A DNA stretch of 21,631 nt from Candidatus Fervidifonticultor sextus (GCA_031459875.1 JAVKHQ010000002.1:105975-127605); one strand, 5' to 3'. Positions 1 to 8,577 are shown, counted from the stretch's first letter. Notes: generated by a model not told the origin, from the letters alone. Numbers and translations are program-made.

Positions 1-540
1 GGCCTGCTCGAGGAAGAACGGGTCGGTTTCCACGCCCAGGGCCTCGTAGATCCGGCTGCGGGCGGCGCGCAGGTTGGCCCACACCGCCACGTCGATGATG
101 GCGCCGTCGTCCAGGCCCACCCCGCGCAGCCGCGTGATGTGCTCCTCGGTCGGATGGCCGGTGGATGCGGCCAGCGCGTAGTCCAGGACGGCCACCTCGC
201 GCGCGCTCAGCCCGGCCGCCCGGTAGTCGTCCAGCACCGCGCGCACGCGGTCCAGCCCGCCGAGGTCCCGCTCGACTTCCGTGGCGTACACCAGCACGCA
301 GTAGGACGACCGCAGCCGCTGCGCCACGAGCAGGCTGATCAGCCGCCGCTCCTGCGGGCTCAGGCCTGAGGCCTGCTTGACCGCGGCGGTCAGGGCGTCG
401 AAGGCCGCCGCGACCTCGGGCCGGCTCGAGAGCGCCTTGGTGGCCTCCATGACGAATCCCAGCCGCGCCAGTTCGGCGTCGTAGACCTGCCGCAGCGACC
501 CGCTGACTTCGTCCTCGCTCAACGTCTTGACCCAGGTCAT
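1..540 (-). CDS. AhpD-like / carboxymuconolactone decarboxylase family peroxidase-related protein (3' end runs off the window)
   Basis: Not in the ORF track because there is no stop in the window. Manual translation from ATG 540: MTWVKTLSEDEVSGSLRQVYDAELARLGFVMEATKALSSRPEV...GLSPQERRLISLLVAQRLRSSYCVLVYA...DYRAAGLSAREVAVLDYA...ITRLRGVGLDDGAIIDV... matches the AhpD/CMD pattern. Purine-rich RBS upstream. Confidence 0.8.
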   Translation of the reverse strand, partial: MTWVKTLSEDEVSGSLRQVYDAELARLGFVMEATKALSSRPEVAAAFDALTAAVKQASGLSPQERRLISLLVAQRLRSSYCVLVYATEVERDLGGLDRVRAVLDDYRAAGLSAREVAVLDYALAASTGHPTEEHITRLRGVGLDDGAIIDVAVWANLRAARSRIYEALGVETDPFFLEQA

Positions 541-571
541 GGCCACCCCCGTCCTTCCCCGGCTCAGGAGC

Positions 572-1396
572 CTATGGTTTGCGTGCGCTGAAGATGACCG
601 AGCGTGCCGCCTTCGGCTGCTGCGATGGGGGGATCAGACGGCGCATCAGGGCGATGAGCTCTGGGGTAAACAGCGGATACTGCTCGCACTGGTCTACCCC
701 GAAGGGCAGCTCTTCCCCACGCCGGATGTCGACGAACCCGATGTTCTTCAGTTTGCTGACGAAGACACGCTCCGCCAGGGCCCCCGACAGTCAGCCCGCC
801 CACGCCGCCGCGCTGGTCAAGATCTCCGGCGGCAGGTCGTCGTCCACCACGATGTCGGCGATGACCATGCGGCCGCCCGGCTTCAGGATGCGAAAGATCT
901 CGGCAAACGCCCGCGACTTCCGCGGCGAGAGGTTGACCACGCCGTTGCTGATGGCGACGTCTGCGCTGTCCGAAGGCAACGGGATCGCCTCGATCTCGCC
1001 CTGCACCCACTCGACGTTGTTCACCCCGGCCTCGGCGGCGTTGCGCGCGGCGACCTCCAGCATCTCGGGCAGCATGTCGAGGCCGATGGCCCTGCCCGTC
1101 GGCGCCACCACGCGGGCCGCCAGAATCGTGTCAATGCCCCCGCCGCAGCCCAGGTCGATGACGACCTCGCCGGGCCGCAGAGCGGCGGCACGGACGGGGT
1201 TGCCGACGCCCAGCGCCTGCTCGATGGCCCCCCGCGGCAGGACCGCGAGCTGGTCGGGATCGTACAGCCGCTCGGCGACCGTGCTCTTCGCGCCGACCAC
1301 CTCCCGGTAGGCTCGCCGGACGATCTCTTTGATGGCGTCCTGACCGAGCAGGTCCTCACCGGCCGGCGCCGGGGGATGTCCCCTGGCGTGGCTCAT
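572..1396 (-). CDS. ArsM-like class I SAM-dependent methyltransferase, predicted selenoprotein (Sec at TGA 791..793, residue 202 of 274)
   Basis: SAM motif VIDLGCGGGID and ArsM-like segments ALGVGNPV, ISNGVVNLSP, RILKPGG. The frame continues past the TGA for 72 codons (LSGALAERVFVSKLKNIGFVDI...SVIFSARKP) to TAG 572..574. The TGA sits at the ArsM W-x-G-C-x-x-G-A cysteine. ATGA overlap with the anti-sigma stop. Confidence 0.85.
756..778 (-). promoter_or_regulatory. Putative bacterial SECIS element of the methyltransferase
   Basis: Transcript reads UGA-N12-CUGGCGGAG-CGUGU-CUUCGUCAG: 9-bp stem (two G-U pairs) and a 5-nt loop with GU at positions 2-3. The loop starts 21 nt after the UGA. Confidence 0.7.
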
Positions 1397-1650
1397 CCTC
1401 GCTCACCCCTCCCTTCCCGCTCGCCCAACCGGGCCAGCAGGGCTTCCAATCTGACCTGGGCCTCGGGCGCGATCTCCCTGGTCGCCCCCGAGCGCTTCAG
1501 CCGCTCCCTGAGCTGCCGGGCGAACTCCAGCTCCCCGCAGCAGTGCCGGCACAGGCCCAGGTGCTCCTCGAGTTCGTCCTCCTGCACCCGGCCGATGTTC
1601 CGGTCAAGATAGGCCCACAGCCGGGCGACGGCTTCTTTGCAGGTGATCAC
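1393..1650 (-). CDS. Zinc-binding anti-sigma factor (zf-HC2/ZAS), soluble, 85 aa
   Basis: MITCKEAVARLWAYLD...EEHLGLCRHCC contains an N-terminal Cys plus the HxxxCxxC ZAS motif. GTG start overlaps the sigma stop (GTGA), with GGAGG upstream. The track's 219-aa version has a spurious N-terminal extension. Confidence 0.88.
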   Translation of the reverse strand: MITCKEAVARLWAYLDRNIGRVQEDELEEHLGLCRHCCGELEFARQLRERLKRSGATREIAPEAQVRLEALLARLGEREGRGERG

Positions 1651-2255
1651 ACGCCCGCCTCCTGGTGCGACATGAGCAGCCGGTGGCGAACCGCGTAGTC
1701 CCAGATCTCCCGCTCCATCTGGCGGCGACCTCGGGACAGCCAGGTCAGGACCGTGCCCAGCGGCTTTCGCGTGATCCCCGCGATCTCCCGCGCCTTGAAC
1801 CCGTACACGTAGGCGAGGATCAGGGTGATCCGGTACGACGGGTGTAGCCGCTGGAAGACCTCGATGATCCTCGCGTCGTCGAAGAGGTCGAGGAAGTCCA
1901 GGTGCACGCGATCCGAGTAGGGGAACGGGTCTTCCTCGACGATTTTGTCGAAGAGATCGAAGGGCTCGTCGACCGGCAGGTCGTCCGGATCCTTGCCGCG
2001 CAGGGCGCGCACGCGGTCGTAGTAGGCATTGGTGAGCACGCGCGTCAGCCACAGCCGAGGTCGCTCGCGGTTGCGCAGCCGCGGGAAGCCGCGGAATGCG
2101 CGCAGCAGCGTATCCTGCACCAGGTCCTCCGCCTCGGCGCGGCTTCCAGACAGGCGCACCGCCAGCGCATAGAGGTACGCCAGATGCGGTCGGACGACAT
2201 CTTCAAACTTGACCTCTGGAACAGCCGCTGGACCCCCCACCAGCCTGCCTCGCAC
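1647..2255 (-). CDS. ECF (sigma-70 group 4) RNA polymerase sigma factor
   Basis: Region 2 (AEDLVQDTLLRAFR, WLTRVLTNAYYD) and region 4 (GFKAREIAGITRKPLGTVLTWLSRGRR). Start is GTG 2255 or in-frame GTG 2240. Confidence 0.92.
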   Translation of the reverse strand: MRGRLVGGPAAVPEVKFEDVVRPHLAYLYALAVRLSGSRAEAEDLVQDTLLRAFRGFPRLRNRERPRLWLTRVLTNAYYDRVRALRGKDPDDLPVDEPFDLFDKIVEEDPFPYSDRVHLDFLDLFDDARIIEVFQRLHPSYRITLILAYVYGFKAREIAGITRKPLGTVLTWLSRGRRQMEREIWDYAVRHRLLMSHQEAGV

Positions 2256-2276
2256 GGGTCTGACATCTACTAGAAT

Positions 2277-2303
2277 GACGCATCAAGGGCGTCGATTTAT
2301 TGC
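2277..2303 (-). promoter_or_regulatory. Putative ECF-sigma (autoregulatory) promoter GCAATAA-N16-CGTC
   Basis: Minus strand GCAATAA-atcgacgcccttgatg-CGTC just upstream of the sigma gene. The same boxes and spacing recur at 18471..18497. Confidence 0.65.
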
Positions 2304-2359
2304 CTGTGGAGGGTGCGACCAGGCCGCGCCGAGCATGAGCCCACGACCCCCGGCGATGA

Positions 2360-2578
2360 AGTCGAGACCTGCCGGCGTCAGCAGACTGCCAGGGCTTCTA
2401 CGAGGAGTTCGTGGGGCGCACCCACATCCACCACTACGCCACGAAACCCGACGTGCACGTGGTAGGCGCGGCGGCGGCTACGTGCCGTTACTCCCTCACC
2501 CATGTCATCCACATAACCCGTTTACAGGAGGCGGGGCGGGACGCGCGGGTATTCGCCCCCCTGAAATGGGCCCGGTAG
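2360..2578 (+). pseudogene. Start-less fragment resembling the C-terminal half of a DUF4440/SnoaL (NTF2-like) protein
   Basis: Frame between TGA 2357 and TAG 2576 reads ...DCQGFYEEFVGRTHIHHYATKPDVHVVGAAAATCRYSLTHVIHITRLQEAGRDARVFAPLKWAR. Resemblance judged from memory only. Confidence 0.35.
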
Positions 2579-2616
2579 GCCATCCGGCGTATGAGCATGC
2601 CTGCGCAACGAAGTCA

Positions 2617-3396
2617 TTATCCTTCCGCAATCGGAAGCTGCCAAAGATCTAGGGCCAGGTCCACAGGTCCGTGAAACGCCTGCAATGCTTCGTCTTGGAT
2701 CGTCTTGGCGGGTATCACACGCTCTGACGGAAGGTGTGTTAGAACTAGCCGTTTAACCCCGGCTCGCTCCGCTACTGCACCGGCTTCCTCTCCGGTGGAG
2801 TGCGGCATGATCCGAGCCTGCGCCTGATGGGCCCGGTCCCACGTCGCCTCATGCACCAAGAGGTCGGCACCTGCTGCTGCCGTAACGACCGACTCCGCTG
2901 GACTGGTATCCCCCGTAATAACGATCACCGCGTGTCGGAGTCTAACTCGGTATCCGACACTGCCAGAGATATGCTCCACCGGAAAAACCTCCACTGTCAC
3001 CCCCGCCAGCGGGTTGCACTCCTCGCCAGTTCGGAGTCCGACAAAGGCGAAGCCGCCCCGATGTCCTGAAAGATGACACATGCGGCCAAGCGCCGCAACT
3101 GTCTCGTCGCTGCCAAACGTAGTCAGACGCGTCAAGACCTCAGGACAACGGAGTCGAAACCAGATCAGCAGCGGGAAGAGTCCACCAACGTGGTCCCAGT
3201 GCCGGTGGGTAATAAAAATAGCCCTCAGGTCAACAGGCCGTAGCCCGGCACGAAGCACCTGCCGCAACGTCTCCAGGCCGCTCCCAGCATCGAACAACAC
3301 AAATGGCCCATCCTCGTGGACCAGCGCCAGCGCTGATTGACAACGTTCTTCGTTGTCTGCAGCTCCTGTTCCAAGGAAGACAAAACCAAAGTTCAC
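2617..3396 (-). CDS. MBL-fold metallo-hydrolase, RNase Z/arylsulfatase-like
   Basis: FLGTGA, LFDAGSG, THRHWDH metal motif, ITGDT, LLVHEAT, LVLTH. GTGA overlap with the tctA stop. Confidence 0.88.
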   Translation of the reverse strand: MNFGFVFLGTGAADNEERCQSALALVHEDGPFVLFDAGSGLETLRQVLRAGLRPVDLRAIFITHRHWDHVGGLFPLLIWFRLRCPEVLTRLTTFGSDETVAALGRMCHLSGHRGGFAFVGLRTGEECNPLAGVTVEVFPVEHISGSVGYRVRLRHAVIVITGDTSPAESVVTAAAGADLLVHEATWDRAHQAQARIMPHSTGEEAGAVAERAGVKRLVLTHLPSERVIPAKTIQDEALQAFHGPVDLALDLWQLPIAEG

Positions 3397-4901
3397 TTGT
3401 GGAGCGCTCCGGATCCTCTTGTGGCACGCACACGCCGCCAGATTACGGATGCTACAATGCCAAGCACCATAGCCAGCAGCAATCCTCCGCTGATCGGCCT
3501 TTGAAGGAAGACCAACGGATCGCCCCTGCTCATGTACAAACTCTGCCGAAACGTTCGCTCGAGCATTGGGCCCAGCACAAGGGCAAGGATCAGCGGCGCC
3601 ACGTCAAAGTCGAGCTTTTTCAGAATGTAGCCAAGGATGCCCATGGCGAGCAAAACGAGCAGATCGAGTACACTGTTGTTTACGCTAAAAGTGCCTACCA
3701 GCATAAAGACCAGAACGAGCACAAGAAGCATGGGCTGAGGTATCCGGAGGAGGCTCACCCAAAAACCCACCAGCGGAAGGTTCAGGATGAGGAGGGCCGC
3801 ATTGCCAACGTACATCGACGCCACTAAGCCCCAAAACACCTCGGGACGTTCCTGCATGAGAAGCGGCCCTGGCTGCACGCCGTGGATCATCAAGGCGGAA
3901 AGCAGCATTGCCACTGCCGGAGCAAAGGGCACTCCCAAAGCCATTAGCGGGATCATGGCCCCGGTGGTGGCCGCGTTGTTGGCCGCTTCGGGCCCCGCCA
4001 CGCCTTCAATGGCACCCCGGCCGAGCTCATCCGGCCGTTTGGCGAGCCGTCGCTCCAGGTTGTAGGAGGCGAAGGAGGCGATGACCACAGCAGGGCCGGG
4101 GACAAGGCCGACCGGAAAACCCACCGCCGCCCCCCTGAGAATTGCAGGCAGCGCTCGACGCCATTCGGTGCCGGTAGGAAGCAGATCCCGGAGCCGAACC
4201 CCCTCTACCTTGGGGAGTCCCCCCATTCGCTCGGCGACTAGCAGAACTTCGGCCATGCCGAAGAGGCCCATGGCTACTGGAACCAACTCGATTCCCTGCG
4301 CTAGGTTCAACCTGCCGAAGGTATACCGCCTCACTCCGGAGATCGGTTCCATACCCACGGTACCGAGCGCGAGGCCAAAGGCCAGAACCAGCAGCCCCTT
4401 CCACACGGAGCCGCCAGAGACGCGGGACAGCACGAACAGCCCTACAAGAGCCAGGACGAAATACTCCGGCGGTCCAAAGGCTAATGCGAAATTGGCCAGG
4501 ACCGGCGTAAACAACATGAGCCCGACAACACCGAGAGTGCCGGCGACGAACGAGCCAACAGCCGCCACCGCCAATGCAGCGCCTGCCCGTCCTCTTTTCG
4601 CCATCTCGTACCCATCCAGCGCGGTCACAACCGAGGCGGTCTCTCCCGGGACGTTCATCAGAATGGATGTCGTAGAACCACCGTACATACTCCCATAATA
4701 GATTGCCGCCAGCATGACGAGCGCGGTCTCCGGCCTCAGTCCCAGCGTAGCCGGCAAGAGTAACGCCATAGCCCCGATGGGACCTATCCCTGGCAGCACC
4801 CCCACGAGCGTCCCTATTGTCGCTCCGGTTAGAGCCGCTAGAAGATTCTCCCACGCAAGGGCGATTGAGAAACCATACAGCAGTTCATTGACGGAATTCA
4901 T
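3393..4901 (-). CDS. tctA: Tripartite tricarboxylate transporter large permease TctA
   Basis: GTLVGVLPGIG, YYGSMYGGSTTSILMNVPGE, GPEAANNA, HGVQPGPLL signatures. Start moved to ATG 4901 (MNSVNELLYG). Confidence 0.93.
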   Translation of the reverse strand: MNSVNELLYGFSIALAWENLLAALTGATIGTLVGVLPGIGPIGAMALLLPATLGLRPETALVMLAAIYYGSMYGGSTTSILMNVPGETASVVTALDGYEMAKRGRAGAALAVAAVGSFVAGTLGVVGLMLFTPVLANFALAFGPPEYFVLALVGLFVLSRVSGGSVWKGLLVLAFGLALGTVGMEPISGVRRYTFGRLNLAQGIELVPVAMGLFGMAEVLLVAERMGGLPKVEGVRLRDLLPTGTEWRRALPAILRGAAVGFPVGLVPGPAVVIASFASYNLERRLAKRPDELGRGAIEGVAGPEAANNAATTGAMIPLMALGVPFAPAVAMLLSALMIHGVQPGPLLMQERPEVFWGLVASMYVGNAALLILNLPLVGFWVSLLRIPQPMLLVLVLVFMLVGTFSVNNSVLDLLVLLAMGILGYILKKLDFDVAPLILALVLGPMLERTFRQSLYMSRGDPLVFLQRPISGGLLLAMVLGIVASVIWRRVRATRGSGALHK

Positions 4902-5051
4902 GCAAGTCGATCCAACCCGCAATGATCCGGAACCTGTCAACACGGTCCGACTGGAGACCCGGGCAGCGAATCCTCTGCCCACCGAACCTCCGGCCGGTTG
5001 ATATCGGGGTAGGATTGTCCTCGGGGCAACGACGCAGCCCGTTCGATGCCA

Positions 5052-6014
5052 TCATCGTAATTTCAGCTTTCTGACCATGTCGCCAAAGAACGTGTAGTCT
5101 CGCTCCAGTTGTCTCTTCAGGTCGGACGGCCCCATATAGTCAATGACATAACTGTTGTCCTCGGCAAATTTCCTGAAGGCCTCGGTCTCGACGGCTCTCT
5201 TGAGGGCGTCGTGGAGGATCTGCACCACCCGATCCGGAGTGGCTTTAGGGACAATCACAAAGTGATAGACGCCTGCAGAAATGTCGTACCCCAGTTCGGG
5301 GAAGGTCGGAACGCCTGGAAACAGCGGGCTCCGCTTTGCGGAAAAAATTGCGAGCGGCCGTACCCGGCCCGCCCGCACATGGGGGATGACCTCAACTGGT
5401 AGCCCTACAACGGCCTCGATATGCCCCCCCAGTAGGGCCGAAATGTACTCGCCAGCGCCGGCAAATGGCACGTGGGTCAGGTTGACACCGGCCTTTTCCT
5501 TAAGGGCCTCAAGGTCTATGTGCGGAATCGTGCCTACGCCTGCGCTGCCGACGCGTACCGCGCCAGGGCTAGCCCGTGCCTGCTCCAGCACGTCTGCCAG
5601 GGTCCGCCAGCGCGCGTCAGCGCGCACGCAGAAGACCACGGCATGGCCGCCGATCTTGATCACCGTCCGGTAGTCCTCAGGAGTCCTGTAGGGCAAATCG
5701 GTCAAATGAGGCTGAACTGTCATGACAGCCACTGCGGTCATTCCGATTGTGTAGCCATCGGGTTTTGCCAACACGACTTCCGCGGCCCCTATCGTTCCAG
5801 CCCCTCCCGGCCGATTGACCACATAGACTGGGAAGAATGGCCTCGCAGCCTCAACCAGCGCCCGCGCGACCAAGTCGATGGCCTGACCTGCGGGCCAGCC
5901 CACAATCATTGCTACTGGCTTGATCGGGTACGATGGACCCGGAGCCCCAGGAGCGGCGGAGGCCAGCCATACCGTGACGGCAAGGGCTATCATGATATGA
6001 GCGATGCGCATCAT
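5052..6014 (-). CDS. tctC: Tripartite tricarboxylate transporter substrate-binding protein (Bug/TctC family)
   Basis: Signal peptide, YPIKPVAMIVGWPAG, VVNRPGGAGTIG, KPDGYT, HVPFAGAG, PGVPTFPELG. AGGAGG RBS before ATG 6014. Confidence 0.92.
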   Translation of the reverse strand: MMRIAHIMIALAVTVWLASAAPGAPGPSYPIKPVAMIVGWPAGQAIDLVARALVEAARPFFPVYVVNRPGGAGTIGAAEVVLAKPDGYTIGMTAVAVMTVQPHLTDLPYRTPEDYRTVIKIGGHAVVFCVRADARWRTLADVLEQARASPGAVRVGSAGVGTIPHIDLEALKEKAGVNLTHVPFAGAGEYISALLGGHIEAVVGLPVEVIPHVRAGRVRPLAIFSAKRSPLFPGVPTFPELGYDISAGVYHFVIVPKATPDRVVQILHDALKRAVETEAFRKFAEDNSYVIDYMGPSDLKRQLERDYTFFGDMVRKLKLR

Positions 6015-6086
6015 GGTGGTTCCTCCTTTCCAACTCTTGACCATAGCTCCCGAACGCACGCCACCTCTGCGATTCGTGCCGACGAG

Positions 6087-6539
6087 TCAACGAAACAAGA
6101 TTCCCAACGGAAGCGGAACCCCGAGCAAAATGGCGAACAAATAGTGAGAACCTAACGCCACCAGGAGGCTGATCGCAACTTTCAACAACCGGGAGGGCAG
6201 ACCCATCACTTGGAGGATGACGAGTGTGACCAGGGCCGCAGCCAGCGGATGACCCGCGTAGGGAAGCAGAGCGATGTAGCCAAGGGTGGCTCCAACGACC
6301 GCCGTTACCCGCCAGCGACTCCTCTCCTCCGGCCACTCGATGGATCGCCACCGTCGATCACGTGTTGCTTCCAGGCCCACACCGAACGCGCTGAGCACCA
6401 TCAGGCCCCCGACGAGCAACGGATAGAGGCCAGGCCCGGGTTGGGCCAGGGTCCCGCGAGGATACCGGTGGGCCTCAACGAGGTACAGCATCCCTGCCAA
6501 CGAGCTAAGGACCACTATGACGAAGAGGTACTTCCTCAC
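6087..6539 (-). CDS. tctB: Tripartite tricarboxylate transporter small permease TctB
   Basis: QPGPGLYPLL motif, several TM helices, C-terminal LLGVPLPLG. Probable start GTG 6539 (the track extends it to 6638). Confidence 0.85.
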   Translation of the reverse strand: MRKYLFVIVVLSSLAGMLYLVEAHRYPRGTLAQPGPGLYPLLVGGLMVLSAFGVGLEATRDRRWRSIEWPEERSRWRVTAVVGATLGYIALLPYAGHPLAAALVTLVILQVMGLPSRLLKVAISLLVALGSHYLFAILLGVPLPLGILFR

Positions 6540-6627
6540 TGTCTGCTCTGCCAGGGACGAAAGAGCCTTTCCCAGATCGCAAGCGCATCGAGCACGCCAG
6601 CTTGCAGTCCCCTGAGTGCTAGAAGTC

Positions 6628-8574
6628 TCATAGCTCAAGAATCTCTTTCATGACGTGCCCTTCCGCATCGCGCGGCGTCGGGATGTCCAGCAGGCGCGCC
6701 AGCGTCGGGGCCAGGTCGATGAGGTTGACGGGCCGGGTCGGCCAGAGGTGTTTGACCCCGGGGCCGGCCAGGATCACGGCCGCGTGCATCTCCGGCACCG
6801 TGGGCAGGGTCAGGTGGGCTCCGGTGAAGTTCTGCAGCAGCCGCGAGGCCTCGAACCTCTCCATGTTGACGATCACCCGTTCGGTACCGTCCCGGTACCT
6901 GACGGCGGCGGGGTAGACGTATGGGTTCGCCATGTACCCGGGCTTCCAGGCGTAGAGCACATCACCGATTCGGTCATAGCCACGCCCTTCATAGACGCCC
7001 AGAAGGCGCGCGTCTTGTTTGCGCACGGCCGCAGCCACCACGAGTTCTCCCGTTACGGGGTCGCGCAGGCGCATCAGCGCGTCGATGACCTCGTCCTGGA
7101 CGCGGGCATAGTCCGCGGGGTCGACGCATCCCTGCGGGTCGCGCCCCTTGAGGTTGATGAAGATATGGGCGTGTCCCGGTTCCAAGGGATAACACTTCGT
7201 ACGTGACCAGTCGATGGCCATCTCGCCCGTCTGCGGGTCGAGGGTGAACGTCATGAGCCCGGCCTCGGCCAGGCAGTATTTGAGGAACGGGAAGAAGTCC
7301 AGGTGGGTGAAGCCGTGGTCCGACACGGCCAGCACCACGGTCCGCTCCAGGTCGACACTGCGGAGAATCTCGGCCACCCCCAGGTCCACCTCCCGGTAGA
7401 CGTCACGGATGGTGCTTAGCCAGCGGTCGGCCGTGGCAGGGTCGTAGGTCCGGGACCGCGGTTCGACGCCTCCGTAGAGCACATGCTCGATGTGGTCGAT
7501 GGTGCCGACCCACGAGAATGCCAGATCCCACGCCTGGGTGCGCAGCACGTGGGCGGTGGCCCGCATCCACCAGGCGTTGTGGGCACTCAGCTGGGCTCTG
7601 AAGGCGTCCAGGGGAATCCAGCCGTCCATGAACGCCCAGGGATCGTCCACCTCCATGTACGGCCCGGCCACCGCCTCCAGCTCCGGGGTCAGTTCGGCAG
7701 GGATGGTGTAAGGTTCTGCCGTGTTGATGGCGGTCACGTAGAGCCGCAGGTCGCGGGCGTCGGGGCTGAGGGCGACCAGCTGGAACCGGAACCGCCCTCG
7801 GCGCGTCCCGGTAGCGGTCTCGAACGTCTCCGTGATCCAGTCGCTCAGTTCGCCGACACGCAGTACGGCGACGGCGGCCCGGGCGTCACGCGTGGGGGCG
7901 ACGACGACCCGATCGTACCCGCTCTGCCCGGTGGCTACGATGGCCACGTGGTAGCGGACGCCGCGGGCATAGGTCGGCGGGACGTCGATGACGATTTCCA
8001 GCGGCGGCAGCGGTCCAGGAGCAAGGCCCGACCAGCCGGAGGCCGGCTCGGGGGTGACCACGACCATCCGCCCCGGCACCTGGTTGCACGGGAACCGCTC
8101 CGTGGCAAAGAAGGCGCTGCTGGCGATGTCGAACAGCGGCATGTAGAAGAAACGGAAGGGCGGATTGAGCGCGGCCGCCACCTGGACGCCGCGCTCGAGG
8201 CCCATGGGCCACGTCACCGGCCAGTTGATCAGGGCGGGGCGCCGGCCGGCCCGCATGCCCGCCTCCCAGAGCGTCTCCGCCATCTGAATCCGGCGGTCGA
8301 ACGACGTATGCCAGCGGTCCAGCGGCTCGCCCGGCAGGTGCACCATCAGGCTGGGGACGCCGGTACTGCCGGGCCCGGCGCCGGTGACGATCGCAGACCA
8401 CGCGGCGGCGGTCAGCGGCGGGAACGTGGTCAACGCACGGGCGAACACGCCGCGGCGCATCAACGCCGCCAGGGCCGGCAATACGCCCTCGTCGGCGAAC
8501 CGGCGCACGAGGTCCGGAAGCGCGGCGTCCAGTCCCAGGACCAGGAGCCTGTCAGGCCTGGTGGGCATGGGCAC
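6628..8574 (-). CDS. Alkaline phosphatase superfamily, nucleotide pyrophosphatase/type I phosphodiesterase-like protein
   Basis: LVLGLDAA, FPPLTAAAWSAIVTG (Thr nucleophile position), DHIEH, VSDHGF, INLKGRDPQG, DLAPTLARLL. No signal peptide seen. Start is 8574 or 8568. Confidence 0.88.
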   Translation of the reverse strand: MPMPTRPDRLLVLGLDAALPDLVRRFADEGVLPALAALMRRGVFARALTTFPPLTAAAWSAIVTGAGPGSTGVPSLMVHLPGEPLDRWHTSFDRRIQMAETLWEAGMRAGRRPALINWPVTWPMGLERGVQVAAALNPPFRFFYMPLFDIASSAFFATERFPCNQVPGRMVVVTPEPASGWSGLAPGPLPPLEIVIDVPPTYARGVRYHVAIVATGQSGYDRVVVAPTRDARAAVAVLRVGELSDWITETFETATGTRRGRFRFQLVALSPDARDLRLYVTAINTAEPYTIPAELTPELEAVAGPYMEVDDPWAFMDGWIPLDAFRAQLSAHNAWWMRATAHVLRTQAWDLAFSWVGTIDHIEHVLYGGVEPRSRTYDPATADRWLSTIRDVYREVDLGVAEILRSVDLERTVVLAVSDHGFTHLDFFPFLKYCLAEAGLMTFTLDPQTGEMAIDWSRTKCYPLEPGHAHIFINLKGRDPQGCVDPADYARVQDEVIDALMRLRDPVTGELVVAAAVRKQDARLLGVYEGRGYDRIGDVLYAWKPGYMANPYVYPAAVRYRDGTERVIVNMERFEASRLLQNFTGAHLTLPTVPEMHAAVILAGPGVKHLWPTRPVNLIDLAPTLARLLDIPTPRDAEGHVMKEILEL

Positions 8575-8577
8575 CTC

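Noticed and set aside
2045..2266. ATG 2266 right after the putative ECF promoter as the sigma start
   Set aside because: It is out of frame with the sigma ORF and gives a 73-aa non-protein-like product. In-frame GTG starts exist.
6014..6089. The tctB TGA stop is in frame with tctC, so readthrough could give a fusion or a third Sec site
   Set aside because: TctB ends at its normal C-terminus, tctC has its own strong RBS and signal peptide, and there is no Cys-equivalent position. Same frame is a 1-in-3 coincidence.
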